Virus record (IMG/VR): IMGVR_UViG_3300003319_000181
DNA: 64,000 nt
Reading direction: 5' to 3' (one strand)
DNA from: an uncultured virus (IMG/VR IMGVR_UViG_3300003319_000181)
Lineage: Duplodnaviria; Heunggongvirae; Uroviricota; Caudoviricetes
Shown here: positions 8,647-18,309 of the stretch, piece by piece
Position numbering within the stretch: the first letter of the stretch is position 1
How the letters are laid out: the number at the start of each line of letters is the position of its first letter
Notes under the pieces: generated by a model
What the model saw: the letters and a program-made list of their open reading frames with translations, nothing else
What the model was told of the DNA's origin: nothing
The model's database searches: none
Translations under genes and position numbers: made by a program

Positions 8647-10023
8647 TTAATGCTGCCAGACATCTGCTCGAAACGTGCCACTGGCTGGATCGCCGGAAAC
8701 GAGCGTACAAAACCTGATGGAGACGGTGTTGGTGGCACTCACCCATCCGAAAAAGTTCCCGTTCGCCACCATTGAGCCGTTCGGGACTCCGATAGCTACC
8801 GTATCTCCGACAGCCGCCCCTGTGACGGTGATAGTTAAGTCCTCGCATCCAATAGCTGCCAGATTAGCGAAGTCAAGCGTGGCCGTGTTGGACAGGTGTT
8901 TTGTAATGGTCGTGCCGGAGTTGATATTCAAGTTGCCGGTCGAGACAAGTCCGGTTGTCGTTACCGGATAGGAGCCTAATGCCGTGAATGCCCCTGTTCC
9001 AGTATTTATTTTCCATAAGCCACCCGCAAACGAAACGGTATTGGTATTCTCTACTTGAACAATGTTCACATCGGCGCTATTAGCCCCATTACGAGCCGCA
9101 ATCCATTGTGCGTTAGGGATTCTTATCACTCCCGCCGCTGCCACCGTAGACCCTGCCGATACAAAAGAAGTTGTCGCTAAACTCGTCCCCGTTGCCACTC
9201 CGATATCAGGGGTAGTCAGAGCAGGCGACGTAGAGAAGACGAGACTGGTTGAAGGCGTCCCTGTAGTTCCTGCGGCAGAGAATCCCGTGATGTTATTGAA
9301 GCAGGTAATAGAAGCTGAGGTACAGTTCGTTCCGCCTTTGGAGGTTGGTAGAGCGGTAGTCAGGGCAGAGGCAAGATTAGCGCCCGAGGGTGTCCCGAGA
9401 AAGGTCGCTACTCCGGTTCCTAAGCCTGACACGCCGGTAGAGATAGGAAGCCCCGTTGCGTTCGTAAGCGTAAAGTTGGTCGGGGTCGCCCCGTCAAAGA
9501 GTGCCGCACCTGTTCCCAACTCATCCGTGATGGCAGAGCGTAGATTCGCACTTGAGGGGGTAGCCAGAAAGGTTGAGACCCCTGTTCCCGGTGTTAATGC
9601 TCCAAAGGAGCCTGCATTATTAGTTTGGAGGTCGCCCGATGACCCGGCAGGACTCGCCCCCGCTACCGTACAATCCGTGCGTGAGCTTCCCGAGTTATCA
9701 ACGCACGCTATTCCTGCTCCGGTAAAGTTGATAGTAGTTCTCTGTGTCAGGGCTACCCCTTCGTCTCTGACGGTCTGGTAGAAGAGAGAGCCGCTAAAGG
9801 CTACAGTTGACCATCCCGTCCCGTCTGCCAGGCACGTAGCCGATGAGCAGATATAAGTAGTACCCGTTGAGGAGTTGGTGAAGACGGCTCCGCGAGACGC
9901 AGCGTAGAACCCCGCCCGCTTCTGGACGGCCTGCGCGGTCTGCGTGACGGGGCCGGGGCCTTGCGCCGCGACGCCCGACGCGCATGCGAAGAGGAATGTG
10001 ATTACTAACAGGTGTCGTCTCAT
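8647..10023 (-). CDS. Thr/Gly/Ser-rich tail-fibre-like protein with an N-terminal signal peptide
   Basis: TFLATPSSANL, LTNATGLPISTGVSGLGTGVATFL, GGT motifs and a C-terminal TVTGAAVGDTV module. Confidence 0.65.
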   Translation of the reverse strand: MRRHLLVITFLFACASGVAAQGPGPVTQTAQAVQKRAGFYAASRGAVFTNSSTGTTYICSSATCLADGTGWSTVAFSGSLFYQTVRDEGVALTQRTTINFTGAGIACVDNSGSSRTDCTVAGASPAGSSGDLQTNNAGSFGALTPGTGVSTFLATPSSANLRSAITDELGTGAALFDGATPTNFTLTNATGLPISTGVSGLGTGVATFLGTPSGANLASALTTALPTSKGGTNCTSASITCFNNITGFSAAGTTGTPSTSLVFSTSPALTTPDIGVATGTSLATTSFVSAGSTVAAAGVIRIPNAQWIAARNGANSADVNIVQVENTNTVSFAGGLWKINTGTGAFTALGSYPVTTTGLVSTGNLNINSGTTITKHLSNTATLDFANLAAIGCEDLTITVTGAAVGDTVAIGVPNGSMVANGNFFGWVSATNTVSIRFCTLVSGDPASGTFRADVWQH

Positions 10024-10049
10024 CTCTTTCTCCTATGCCACTCCCATCA

Positions 10050-10097
10050 ACAAGAAAGGCCGACCCAAAGGAAGTCCGAAGGCTTCAAAGGTCGGCC
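10050..10097 (-). terminator. Stem-loop followed by a U-rich tract between the tail spike and the downstream gene
   Basis: GGCCGACC...GGTCGGCC stem followed by TTTCTTGTT on the minus strand. Confidence 0.55.
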
Positions 10098-10164
10098 ACG
10101 TCGTAAGCGGAACTGCGGTAACGCGCGCCCGTAAAAAGTGTTCAGAGCCATGATTAAACCTCCG

Positions 10165-12567
10165 CTACGGTGCTGGCAGGAAGCTGATACCGTTGATGCT
10201 GATAGCTCCCGCCGATGACCCCAATCCCTCGGGCACGACCGTCCCGTCCGTGTTGACGCGGATGCGCTGAAAGGCTGTGTTGTTGGTTCCGGTTTGAATC
10301 TCATCGGCTGACGGACGGAAGCCTACGGGGAGCGTGAAGATGCTGGCGTCGGCCGGGCTCCCGCCCGTCACCGTCCCGCGCAGGCAGACCTGCCCGCCAT
10401 GCAGGCAGTACCCGGCCGACGCCAGTCCTGCTCCGACGTTCGTCCACGAGTTCGTGAGCGTTGCCGCGTCGTAGGTATCCCCGCCGGTCGAGTACGTACC
10501 GGCCGTCTGTTTCAGCACGCCGAAGCCGTTATTGGCGTTCCCATCGCCCACCAGACACTTGCTGCAATTAGCGAGTGAGACAGCCGGACTGCCCGAGACG
10601 ACCGTCCCACGAAAGAAATTGCCCTCAACCAGAGAGTCCGCCGTTCCGACCATGTGAATGGCCGCCAGGCTTCCGCTGATGTAGTGGCCGAACTGGTTGC
10701 CGACAATCACAACCTCCAGAGAATTATTCACGTCAATCGAATACCGACTGACGTTCTCTAACGAGTTGCCGGTAATGAGCAGGATGCCGATACCGGGAGG
10801 GAGGTCAACCGAGATGTGGTCGGTAAAGCCTGTTGCCCCGGAGATGGCCGGGTCATCGTAAGTGTTGAACTTACACGCGACGATTTTGCCCCCACCTCCG
10901 CTAGTAAATCTGAGGGCAGCGGGGGCCATGTAGGTCTTCGACTGGAAATCGGAGGCGACGACGGCCCAGTCTCCGGCGTCAATGTTGATGGTGTTGGTGA
11001 CAAGGAGGCCGTAATTGACCGGGTTAATCAGGTGGGAGCGAATGACCGTCCAACTCGCTCCGTCCTGCACCACGTCATTGTAGAAACCTTCGACAACGCA
11101 GTCCGTGAGATTGACGCGGGTGCTGGAACTGGTCGCTACAACCGCGATGCCTGCCCCGGCCGTGGGAGGATTCACGGGAGCGGCATTACCTACACCGTAG
11201 GTCGAGTTGCTGTTGAAAAGATAGAGCCCCTCAAAACTCCCCGAGTCGGCCGAAATCGTGAACAGGTTCGCCGTCCGGGAAGTCTGAACAACCTTTGTGA
11301 CCCAGGTCGTCGCCGAGGGGGAACTGCCCGAGCCCTCGCCCCGAACGGTACAGGGAACCGTGATGGTCGTGAGCGCCGCCGTGACCTTGTAGACGCCCGC
11401 CGAAAAGTAGAGCACCCCTCTCCCCGTGGAATTAAGAGCGGCAATCGCGGCGTTGACGCCTGCGGTGCAGTCGGTGCTTCCATCGGCGACGGCCCCCCAC
11501 CACTCGGGGTGAATAAGCGGGGGCTTGAAGTTGTTGAAAAAACTGACGGAGCCGGAACCGGAGAGGAAGAAGACCTGCTTGAGCGGGGCCCAGAGGTCGC
11601 CCTGAATGGTGAGCGCCCCCGAGGTCTGCTCTATCTTCCCCGAACCGGTGAAGAGAAGCGTGACGTTGGCCGGGATGCCGAGAGGGCCCGCCTGGGTAAT
11701 CTCGGTTGAGATGACCAGCGTCGCTCCAACGGGAAAGGTTGAGGCGATATAAGAGAGTGCCGCCGTGAGACTGATGAAGCGGTCGGCGTAGACGAAGGCT
11801 TCCGCGTCGGGTAGTCGAAAGTCGTCGTCCGTGACGTAACGATTTGAATTTGAGGGCGAACCGGATGTCCCGGCAAGGGCCTGTGCCTGTGCGGTGGTCG
11901 GAAGCCGCGAGTCGACTTCGGTGACGTAGCGGTTTAAGCTGGAAGGTGTGCCGCTGGAACCGATGAGCGCGGCCCGCTGGTTGGCGGTAGGTAAAAGAGG
12001 ACTGTTTGAGCCGACCGCTTCGGGGTGAGTTGAGACTGCCGGCGCTACGTCCAGATAGGTGCTGCCGAGATTGACGGCCGAGGCGTAGCCTGTGCTCCCG
12101 ATGACCGACTGTACGTAATCAATCATCTCCTGTGTGGTCGGAAACGTCTGTGGTGGGTTTGCCAGATAGGACGTTTGATTAAGCAATTGCAGTTGGGCGA
12201 ATGTCCACGAGGTAGCCGGGTTGGGATTGTAAATAATCCAGCCCGTAGGCGTACCTGCTCCCGAAAAAAGCCAGTCTCGTGGAGTATTACCGGAGAAGAA
12301 CCGGGCGAAGCATTGAATGCTTTGCGGGTTGGGGTCGTTAGCGTCCACCGTGGTACGGAGGCTGAACGCAGGGACGGTGACTTCGCCGTCCACGACCGTA
12401 CAGGTTACGCTCAGGTAGAAGCCGGTCGCACCCGTTCCGCCCTGCACCTGTACCCCGTCCGAGTCCTGATACGTCTGGCTATACCAGACGCGAAGAGTGG
12501 TATTGTTGGTAGAGTAGCCATTAGCCACCGGGAAGGGCTGTATCTGGTCAATGGTGATTTCAGCCAT
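10165..12567 (-). CDS. Tail spike / receptor-binding protein with a pectate-lyase-like beta-helix
   Basis: PEWWGAVADGSTDCTAGVNAAI, LYFSAGVYKV, VRGEG, beta-helix repeats, C-terminal IFTLPVGFRP. Confidence 0.8.
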   Translation of the reverse strand: MAEITIDQIQPFPVANGYSTNNTTLRVWYSQTYQDSDGVQVQGGTGATGFYLSVTCTVVDGEVTVPAFSLRTTVDANDPNPQSIQCFARFFSGNTPRDWLFSGAGTPTGWIIYNPNPATSWTFAQLQLLNQTSYLANPPQTFPTTQEMIDYVQSVIGSTGYASAVNLGSTYLDVAPAVSTHPEAVGSNSPLLPTANQRAALIGSSGTPSSLNRYVTEVDSRLPTTAQAQALAGTSGSPSNSNRYVTDDDFRLPDAEAFVYADRFISLTAALSYIASTFPVGATLVISTEITQAGPLGIPANVTLLFTGSGKIEQTSGALTIQGDLWAPLKQVFFLSGSGSVSFFNNFKPPLIHPEWWGAVADGSTDCTAGVNAAIAALNSTGRGVLYFSAGVYKVTAALTTITVPCTVRGEGSGSSPSATTWVTKVVQTSRTANLFTISADSGSFEGLYLFNSNSTYGVGNAAPVNPPTAGAGIAVVATSSSTRVNLTDCVVEGFYNDVVQDGASWTVIRSHLINPVNYGLLVTNTINIDAGDWAVVASDFQSKTYMAPAALRFTSGGGGKIVACKFNTYDDPAISGATGFTDHISVDLPPGIGILLITGNSLENVSRYSIDVNNSLEVVIVGNQFGHYISGSLAAIHMVGTADSLVEGNFFRGTVVSGSPAVSLANCSKCLVGDGNANNGFGVLKQTAGTYSTGGDTYDAATLTNSWTNVGAGLASAGYCLHGGQVCLRGTVTGGSPADASIFTLPVGFRPSADEIQTGTNNTAFQRIRVNTDGTVVPEGLGSSAGAISINGISFLPAP

Positions 12568-12573
12568 GTTGGT

Positions 12574-12918
12574 TCATCCTATGAATCTGAGGTAGACGAT
12601 GACCGTGGCCGTGCCTGATGTCGTAGGGGAGAAGAGGTATATCTGCCCTATCGGAATCGTGTTACCTCTATCCCCCGTGGCCGAGTCCACGAACGAGCTC
12701 CCGGCCGCCAGCAGCGTGCCGTTTGAGTCGTCCAACTGCCCCGAGAACCCGATCTTGATGTCTACGTTCGCTGAGAAGTTGAGTGCAACGCACTGACCCG
12801 GCAAGGTTTTCGGGAGCGCGTAGGAGAGCACCGTATCGGTCACGAGGTCGTAGAGACTGCGGGCCGTCGCCCCGGCCGTCAACGATACGGTGTTGTAGAA
12901 GAATTGTTGCTCCGCCAT
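12574..12918 (-). CDS. Small virion structural protein (putative)
   Basis: Beta-rich composition; RBS; late-operon position. Confidence 0.6.
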   Translation of the reverse strand: MAEQQFFYNTVSLTAGATARSLYDLVTDTVLSYALPKTLPGQCVALNFSANVDIKIGFSGQLDDSNGTLLAAGSSFVDSATGDRGNTIPIGQIYLFSPTTSGTATVIVYLRFIG

Positions 12919-12928
12919 GATCTCCCCC

Positions 12929-13204
12929 TTACGGAAGGCCGATGACTTCCGCGCCCGCCGTTCCACTCCCCAGCGTGCCGAGACTCGTCAAGGTCAAGGT
13001 CGGAGCCGTAAATGACCACGAGAAGGGGCCGATGACGTTCGTCACCGTACTCAGGTTTGGAACCGTGAACGTGCCCGTGTCGCCGATGGCCGTGGCCGTG
13101 CCGACGCACTTGAGCAGAAGGGACTGACGCCCGGTTCGGCGCGACTCCGGGCCCAGCCCCAAGACCGCGTAGTCGTCAAGAGTGATGGTAATAGTTGCAG
13201 CCAA
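12929..13204 (-). CDS. Small virion structural protein (putative)
   Basis: GGAGG RBS with TTG start; Thr/Gly-rich. Confidence 0.55.
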   Translation of the reverse strand: MAATITITLDDYAVLGLGPESRRTGRQSLLLKCVGTATAIGDTGTFTVPNLSTVTNVIGPFSWSFTAPTLTLTSLGTLGSGTAGAEVIGLP

Positions 13205-13233
13205 TGTTTTATCCTCCTTCGCTGTTCTCTCTG

Positions 13234-13746
13234 TTAAGCACCAGCCGCCGCCACTGAGGCCGCGCGACTCTTTCCCTGTACCGCTCCCAGCGCAAGGTCG
13301 CCGAGGAAGCCGCCGCTCTGGACGGTCGTGCTATTGCCGGTGGATGTGCCGCTCGCCGTGCCGGAACTGCCCGTCTGGACGAGTTGCGGGCGAGTCAGAG
13401 CCGCCAGTGCTCCCAACTGCGTTCCTCGTTGTGAGTTGACATCCGCATACCCTTGTCTGAAAGCCTGCGCCTCATCCTGATTGAGATTGCGCATCCCCGT
13501 CCGCAGTTGAGCATCCCGCATCTGAGGGGTGACATAGCCCCCCATCGGGCTATTGAAGGACGAGGCCAACTTCTGCTTGGCCGTCTCGTACTGATAACCG
13601 AGACCGGGGTCAATCTGTGGTCGCCAGTCCCGAAAGGCTTGAGTGTCCTGAGTGTCAGGAGCGGTCTTCCAGTCAAACGTGTTCGTGTTCGCATAGTTCG
13701 AGTTCTGACTGCCGCTCTGAGTGGTCGTTTGCTTTTTCTTCCCCAT
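13234..13746 (-). CDS. Putative ejection/pilot protein
   Basis: MGKKKQTTTQS start, Q/S/T-rich, Gly/Ala-rich tail as in podovirus ejection proteins. Confidence 0.55.
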   Translation of the reverse strand: MGKKKQTTTQSGSQNSNYANTNTFDWKTAPDTQDTQAFRDWRPQIDPGLGYQYETAKQKLASSFNSPMGGYVTPQMRDAQLRTGMRNLNQDEAQAFRQGYADVNSQRGTQLGALAALTRPQLVQTGSSGTASGTSTGNSTTVQSGGFLGDLALGAVQGKSRAASVAAAGA

Positions 13747-14224
13747 GGGAGCCTCTTTCCGCTAAATAACTGAGCCTCACCCACGTAATCGGTCTGCCGT
13801 GACTTTCCCCGTCCACTATCTTCTGTCCGTCCGGTAGCAGCCCCGCCAGCATACAAAGCCTTTTGACCGGCAGGTTTCGCTCTACTATCCAGACGTAACA
13901 GGCTTTCAAGCCTAGGTTTTGCTCAAGACTGCATCGAAGGGTGAAGACGACCCACGCTAAATCTTCAATAGCGGTTCCACGCTTTGCCCAGACATGACCT
14001 TCAAAAACGCTCGGTGCCCGACACAATACTGAAATGAGTGCGATAAATTCAGGATTGAAGACCCCGACATCGGCCCGCCTATCGGCTTGTTCAATGAACG
14101 TCTCAAAGTCAAGTCTTGAGACTGCTTCGGCGTCACGAAGCCAGCGGGGATAATCCTTCTCCCACCCGTAGACTGCTTGGTAGAGTTCAAAGTCCTCTTT
14201 GACATTGAGTCTTCGTATCTCCAT
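13673..14224 (-). CDS. GNAT-fold acetyltransferase-like protein of the tail module
   Basis: FEGHVW...WIVERNLPVKRLCMLAGL resembles the GNAT N-x-x-x-x-x-L-x-x-x-x-G motif; position before the ejection gene. Confidence 0.55.
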   Translation of the reverse strand: MEIRRLNVKEDFELYQAVYGWEKDYPRWLRDAEAVSRLDFETFIEQADRRADVGVFNPEFIALISVLCRAPSVFEGHVWAKRGTAIEDLAWVVFTLRCSLEQNLGLKACYVWIVERNLPVKRLCMLAGLLPDGQKIVDGESHGRPITWVRLSYLAERGSHGEEKANDHSERQSELELCEHEHV

Positions 14225-14751
14225 TACGCGTTGATAATCTTCTGTGTGCGCAGGTCGGCGAGGAGAGCCGCTACGGTCTGGCTTAGCAACTTCACCGCGT
14301 CATCCAAAGCCTGTACTTCAGCCTGTGTGGGAGGATTGCTTATCACCTGCCCCGCGTACGCCGCATAAGCCGCTCTTGAGAGGGTTCCGGAGGCAGCGCC
14401 CCATCCCGTCGAGGCTGCGATCCATGCGAGGCCCGTAGCGGCGGTGGAGTCCGCCGCCAATCGAGCGTTGTTGGCTCCGACGGCAAGTCTTGCTCCCGTC
14501 GTAGCGTCGTGCGTGTAGATGTCTCCCTTAGTGGTTAGGGGGCTCGTCAGAGTGATGGTCGTGCCCGCAGGGGAGAACGTAAATCCGCTTGTGCCGCCGT
14601 CGAGGGTGAGGGTCGGGCCTGTCAGACCGTTAAGCACTGTGACCGCCGTTGAGCCGGGGAGAGGCGCGGGTGCAAACGATTCCACAACCGGCGTGCTGTA
14701 TTGCAGCCTCACGTAGTCGGGGTCGGTGACGATGGTTTCAATGCCGTTCAT
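14224..14751 (-). CDS. Tail-associated structural protein
   Basis: PLTTKGDIYT..ARLAVG..LAADSTAATGLAW fibre motif; SNPPTQAEVQA; RBS before ATG at 14751. Confidence 0.65.
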   Translation of the reverse strand: MNGIETIVTDPDYVRLQYSTPVVESFAPAPLPGSTAVTVLNGLTGPTLTLDGGTSGFTFSPAGTTITLTSPLTTKGDIYTHDATTGARLAVGANNARLAADSTAATGLAWIAASTGWGAASGTLSRAAYAAYAGQVISNPPTQAEVQALDDAVKLLSQTVAALLADLRTQKIINA

Positions 14752-14770
14752 ATTTGGTATAATCCCCCTT

Positions 14771-15079
14771 ATGACGAATGAAGAGATTGACGGTGCAATT
14801 GCCCGGTTATTCGCTTCGGGCTTAGGTGCGGCACTCGCATCTGAGATGTCCATCGGACAGCCCTTCTATGACATCCCTGCACCGAAGAAGCTGATTGAAG
14901 ACTTCGCCCGCTCCCTCGTCGCCCAAGCCTACGAAGAGGCGGCAGACAAAGTGAAGATTCTTGCCGACTATGTTGACAGTCTGGCAGGCGAGGGCGCTGG
15001 CGCTGCCAGTCTCTACGAACTGGAAGGCGACGTGCGCGCCTTAAAAGATTCCCTTTCTGCCGAGCCTGTCTCATCCTAA
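14771..15079 (+). CDS. Hypothetical protein, antisense insert in the late operon
   Basis: Fills the gap between two minus-strand genes; extended -10 TGGTATAAT ends 7 nt upstream of the ATG. Confidence 0.6.
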   Translation: MTNEEIDGAIARLFASGLGAALASEMSIGQPFYDIPAPKKLIEDFARSLVAQAYEEAADKVKILADYVDSLAGEGAGAASLYELEGDVRALKDSLSAEPVSS

Positions 15080-17160
15080 GTACGACAACCTTGCACCACA
15101 TGCTCAATGACTACCTCGTCTAATCTGTCTCGCGTTCCCGCCCCCGAATAAGTCCCTTCCACTTGAACCGTAGATACACGCAGGTTTGGGCAATTAACCT
15201 GAAACCGCTGAGACACTGAGACATTACTTGCGTCGGGTATCGACACCGCCCCGGTAATACTCGCCGAGTTACCTGAGGCCAGAGACGAAACGGGCACTGC
15301 CTCAGTCGGCCCTGCCCCGAACACTCCAAAACTTCCACTTGTCGTCTTCGCCGTCACCGTTACCGCCTTCACGCAACTGTTCCTCTGCTCCGAACCGTTG
15401 TCTGAGAACTGCGCGGCCCCGCGCCACGCCACGGGTGAGCCGGAAGGTACATCCCACTGGTAGGTTCTGACGACGACGGAGTTATCGGCCTGCCTTCCCC
15501 CTGCTAAGAACTGAAGACTTGTGCCGATGGTCTTCGCGCTTGTGACTATCATGTCCCCCGTCGTTGAAGAGAGGTCGATAAACCCAATCCAGTCGTCCTG
15601 CCGGAGGCCGAACATCAGGACTTTGGTCGTCCAGAAGCCGGAGGAGTTGAGAGAGTCCGCGACGTGAAAGAAGCAGATAGCCCCGTTGGTCGGGTCTTCC
15701 GCTAGTCGGACGTGACAGGGAATCCACGAGTCGGTTATCTCCTCCACATGGCCCGCAAACTCTCTCTCTTCCGACCCTTCAACGCCTTCCGAGGCTGAAC
15801 GGGTCGGGCCGCTCACGGGGAAGCCGTACAGTCGTCCGTTTGAGAAGACCACTTGGTCAGGCCCCGTAAAGCCCGACTTCCAGAACGGCTGAATCAGCAC
15901 GGGAGTATCCGGTTGAGGCGTGGCCTGAGCTATCTGAAGGTGATTAGAGGTAAGCAGGTAGAGTCTCCCCTGCGCCTGTGTGACCCCGTAGATGATTTCA
16001 GGCGGCGATGAGGAGAAAGCTAACGTCAGCGGCGCGGCTTCAATGTTTCCGGGCTTGGCCGGGACGATGAACGGCCCCGGGCTGGAACCGTTCGTACCCT
16101 GACAACTGACGTAGACGGGAACGTTGTTGAAGTTCACGACGAACTCGGCCGCCGAAGGCTGGTCGTTATCAAACGTCACCAGTTCGTTCCGTTCTATCTG
16201 CGCGTCCAGCCATTCAAGGTCGAAGGTTCCGCCGGCCGGACTGACATCGCTGCTCGTCAGGAGCCTGACTTTATGCCACGGGCCGTTGAGGTAGTTCTTA
16301 TCCGCTCCTAATGAATCGCTAAACAGTGTCCCCCAGACAACCCACGCGTTCTGTCCATTCGTGGTGTCCATCGCAGGGAGCGTAATCCGAATCTTGTCAC
16401 CAGTGGCTAAGGTAACGTCCGCCCGCTCTGAAGGATTGTTGTAGCCGCCAGTCTCGGTTCGTGCGGGGGTAATCACTATCGAATAGGAGCCGGCCTGCAT
16501 GCCGGGCGAACCACCCCCAACGGCTGCTAGGGTCGGGGCCGCGGGCGTCGTCATCCCCAATGTGAAGTTCGTGTAGGTTCCCGCGCCCGAGTTGAAGAGT
16601 GAAATCTTCGGCTGTCTCGTAAGCGAAAGAGAACTTGAGAGGGCCGCACCGTTGAGCCGAAACGTTCCATCCCCGACGGAGATGAGCGTGCCTTGATCTA
16701 ACCGGATGACGTTGCCCCAGATGGACGTGCCGCGTTCCGTGTCCACCGCGAAGAGGAGGGGTAGGCGAACTCCCGTTTTACCCGTCGCGGTAAACGTCGG
16801 GGCCGAGGCGCAGACGAATGACGTATCCGAGACGACGCGCGAGACGCCGAGGAAGGCGGCGCGGTTATTACCCGCGTCTACGACAAGGACGTATTGACCT
16901 AAGTGAAGTTCGGTCGTAAACGCGGTTCCGGTTCCGGTGATGGTCGTTGAGCCGTTCGTAAAAGCTATAGTGCCGGTCAGGTTAGACGTGGCTATCGTCT
17001 CCGACAGGCTGAGGGAGCCGCCATAGCAGGTGGCGTAGGGTTGCGGGTCTAAACCTTGAATGATGAGATTTTGCATCCGATAGAACGAATCATCCCCGAC
17101 ATCTCCGCTTCGAGAGGATGTCGGAACAAATCGTGCGGGACGAATGACCCTAGTGCCCAT
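15076..17160 (-). CDS. Tail tubular/nozzle-like (packaged-DNA stabilisation) protein
   Basis: About 694 aa, beta-rich; position after head-tail adaptors in a podovirus-like order. Confidence 0.55.
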   Translation of the reverse strand: MGTRVIRPARFVPTSSRSGDVGDDSFYRMQNLIIQGLDPQPYATCYGGSLSLSETIATSNLTGTIAFTNGSTTITGTGTAFTTELHLGQYVLVVDAGNNRAAFLGVSRVVSDTSFVCASAPTFTATGKTGVRLPLLFAVDTERGTSIWGNVIRLDQGTLISVGDGTFRLNGAALSSSLSLTRQPKISLFNSGAGTYTNFTLGMTTPAAPTLAAVGGGSPGMQAGSYSIVITPARTETGGYNNPSERADVTLATGDKIRITLPAMDTTNGQNAWVVWGTLFSDSLGADKNYLNGPWHKVRLLTSSDVSPAGGTFDLEWLDAQIERNELVTFDNDQPSAAEFVVNFNNVPVYVSCQGTNGSSPGPFIVPAKPGNIEAAPLTLAFSSSPPEIIYGVTQAQGRLYLLTSNHLQIAQATPQPDTPVLIQPFWKSGFTGPDQVVFSNGRLYGFPVSGPTRSASEGVEGSEEREFAGHVEEITDSWIPCHVRLAEDPTNGAICFFHVADSLNSSGFWTTKVLMFGLRQDDWIGFIDLSSTTGDMIVTSAKTIGTSLQFLAGGRQADNSVVVRTYQWDVPSGSPVAWRGAAQFSDNGSEQRNSCVKAVTVTAKTTSGSFGVFGAGPTEAVPVSSLASGNSASITGAVSIPDASNVSVSQRFQVNCPNLRVSTVQVEGTYSGAGTRDRLDEVVIEHVVQGCRT

Positions 17161-17249
17161 CTGTGCTATACTCCCAGACACAAAGCGGGCCACACGGACG
17201 CGGCAAACGCCCATGCGGCCCTCACCACAGACGAAAGGATGTTTTCGTA

Positions 17250-17798
17250 ATGGCTTCTGAATATCTTACCGTAGACCATCTCTCCACTAAAGACCTGAAG
17301 CGGATTTTCTCTAAAATCAAGATTGACCCGACTGTATCCTTTCAGGGAACGCCGTGCTGGATTTGGACTGGATGCACTACGTCGGCAGGTTATGGGCAAG
17401 TTCGCTGGAACGGGCGCACAAGTCGCATTCACCGTGTGCTGCTGGCTTGGGTTGAAAAAATATCTCTCCCTACCATTCGCCATTTTGGTTCTGACCGTTA
17501 TAAAGAAGTTGACCATCTTTGCCAACACTGTTCTTGTTGCAATCCTGCACATCTTGAGTTGGTTACGCGCAAAACCAATCTTCTGCGGGGTGGCGGCATT
17601 GGCGGTGCGTATGCTCGTCGAATAACCTGTAAGCATGGACATGATTTAACGCATACCCCTTATCGCTCTAAATATGGCCGTCGCTGCCTTCAATGCCGCT
17701 GCAACTATCAAGCGCAATACCGCATCCGCGCACAAGCTAAGCAGCTTGCTTCGTCTGGCTCGCTAGGGCCTGAGCCAATGCTGTCTGAAAATCGCTAA
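17250..17798 (+). CDS. HNH homing-endonuclease-like protein, antisense insert
   Basis: CWIWTG, GYG, IHR, VDHLC..CCNPAHLE and CKHGH..RRCLQC motifs; lower GC; AAGGA RBS. Confidence 0.9.
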   Translation: MASEYLTVDHLSTKDLKRIFSKIKIDPTVSFQGTPCWIWTGCTTSAGYGQVRWNGRTSRIHRVLLAWVEKISLPTIRHFGSDRYKEVDHLCQHCSCCNPAHLELVTRKTNLLRGGGIGGAYARRITCKHGHDLTHTPYRSKYGRRCLQCRCNYQAQYRIRAQAKQLASSGSLGPEPMLSENR

Positions 17799-18309
17799 GA
17801 ACTTCTTCGGGCACGTTTAGGTCTGCGTCTGCCGTTGCAGGTATTTCCGGCACGGAGGCGATAGTTATCTCTAAATCGCCCGTAAATGCACCGGGGTATT
17901 CTTCAAGCGGTGCAAGATAGTGCAACGTGTTGTCGGACTTGATCGTCCACCAACTCAACTGGGATTGAAGGTTGTTCCGGGGCTGTACGAAGTCCACCCA
18001 CTGCGGCACGAGGGTCTGCGTCTGCGCCACCGTCACGTCGTCCGGGTCGGCAATGGTCGCCCCGTACTTACAACTCGTCAGCGCCTCCTCGGGCAGCGTC
18101 CCCGCCCCGTTCGTCATCGTCACCGTATGCGTGCGTCTCAGCAGGCTCTCCGCCTGCGGATTACCAACGTAGGAGAGCGCGACCTGTTGGAAGATGGTCG
18201 GCACTAAGGACTCGGCCACCATCTCAATGTCAAGGAGCGGGGAGACGTTGGGGTCTGCGCCCGCGAGCGCCATCTCACACGAAGTAGCGATGAAGGTCTT
18301 GTAGTCCAT
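17737..18309 (-). CDS. Putative head-tail adaptor
   Basis: Position and size in the late operon. Confidence 0.5.
   Translation of the reverse strand: MDYKTFIATSCEMALAGADPNVSPLLDIEMVAESLVPTIFQQVALSYVGNPQAESLLRRTHTVTMTNGAGTLPEEALTSCKYGATIADPDDVTVAQTQTLVPQWVDFVQPRNNLQSQLSWWTIKSDNTLHYLAPLEEYPGAFTGDLEITIASVPEIPATADADLNVPEEVLSDFQTALAQALASQTKQAA

Noticed and set aside
9062..11709. Long + strand ORFs (9062..9781, 10816..11709) and similar antisense ORFs elsewhere
   Set aside because: Shadow frames of well-supported minus-strand genes in GC-rich DNA
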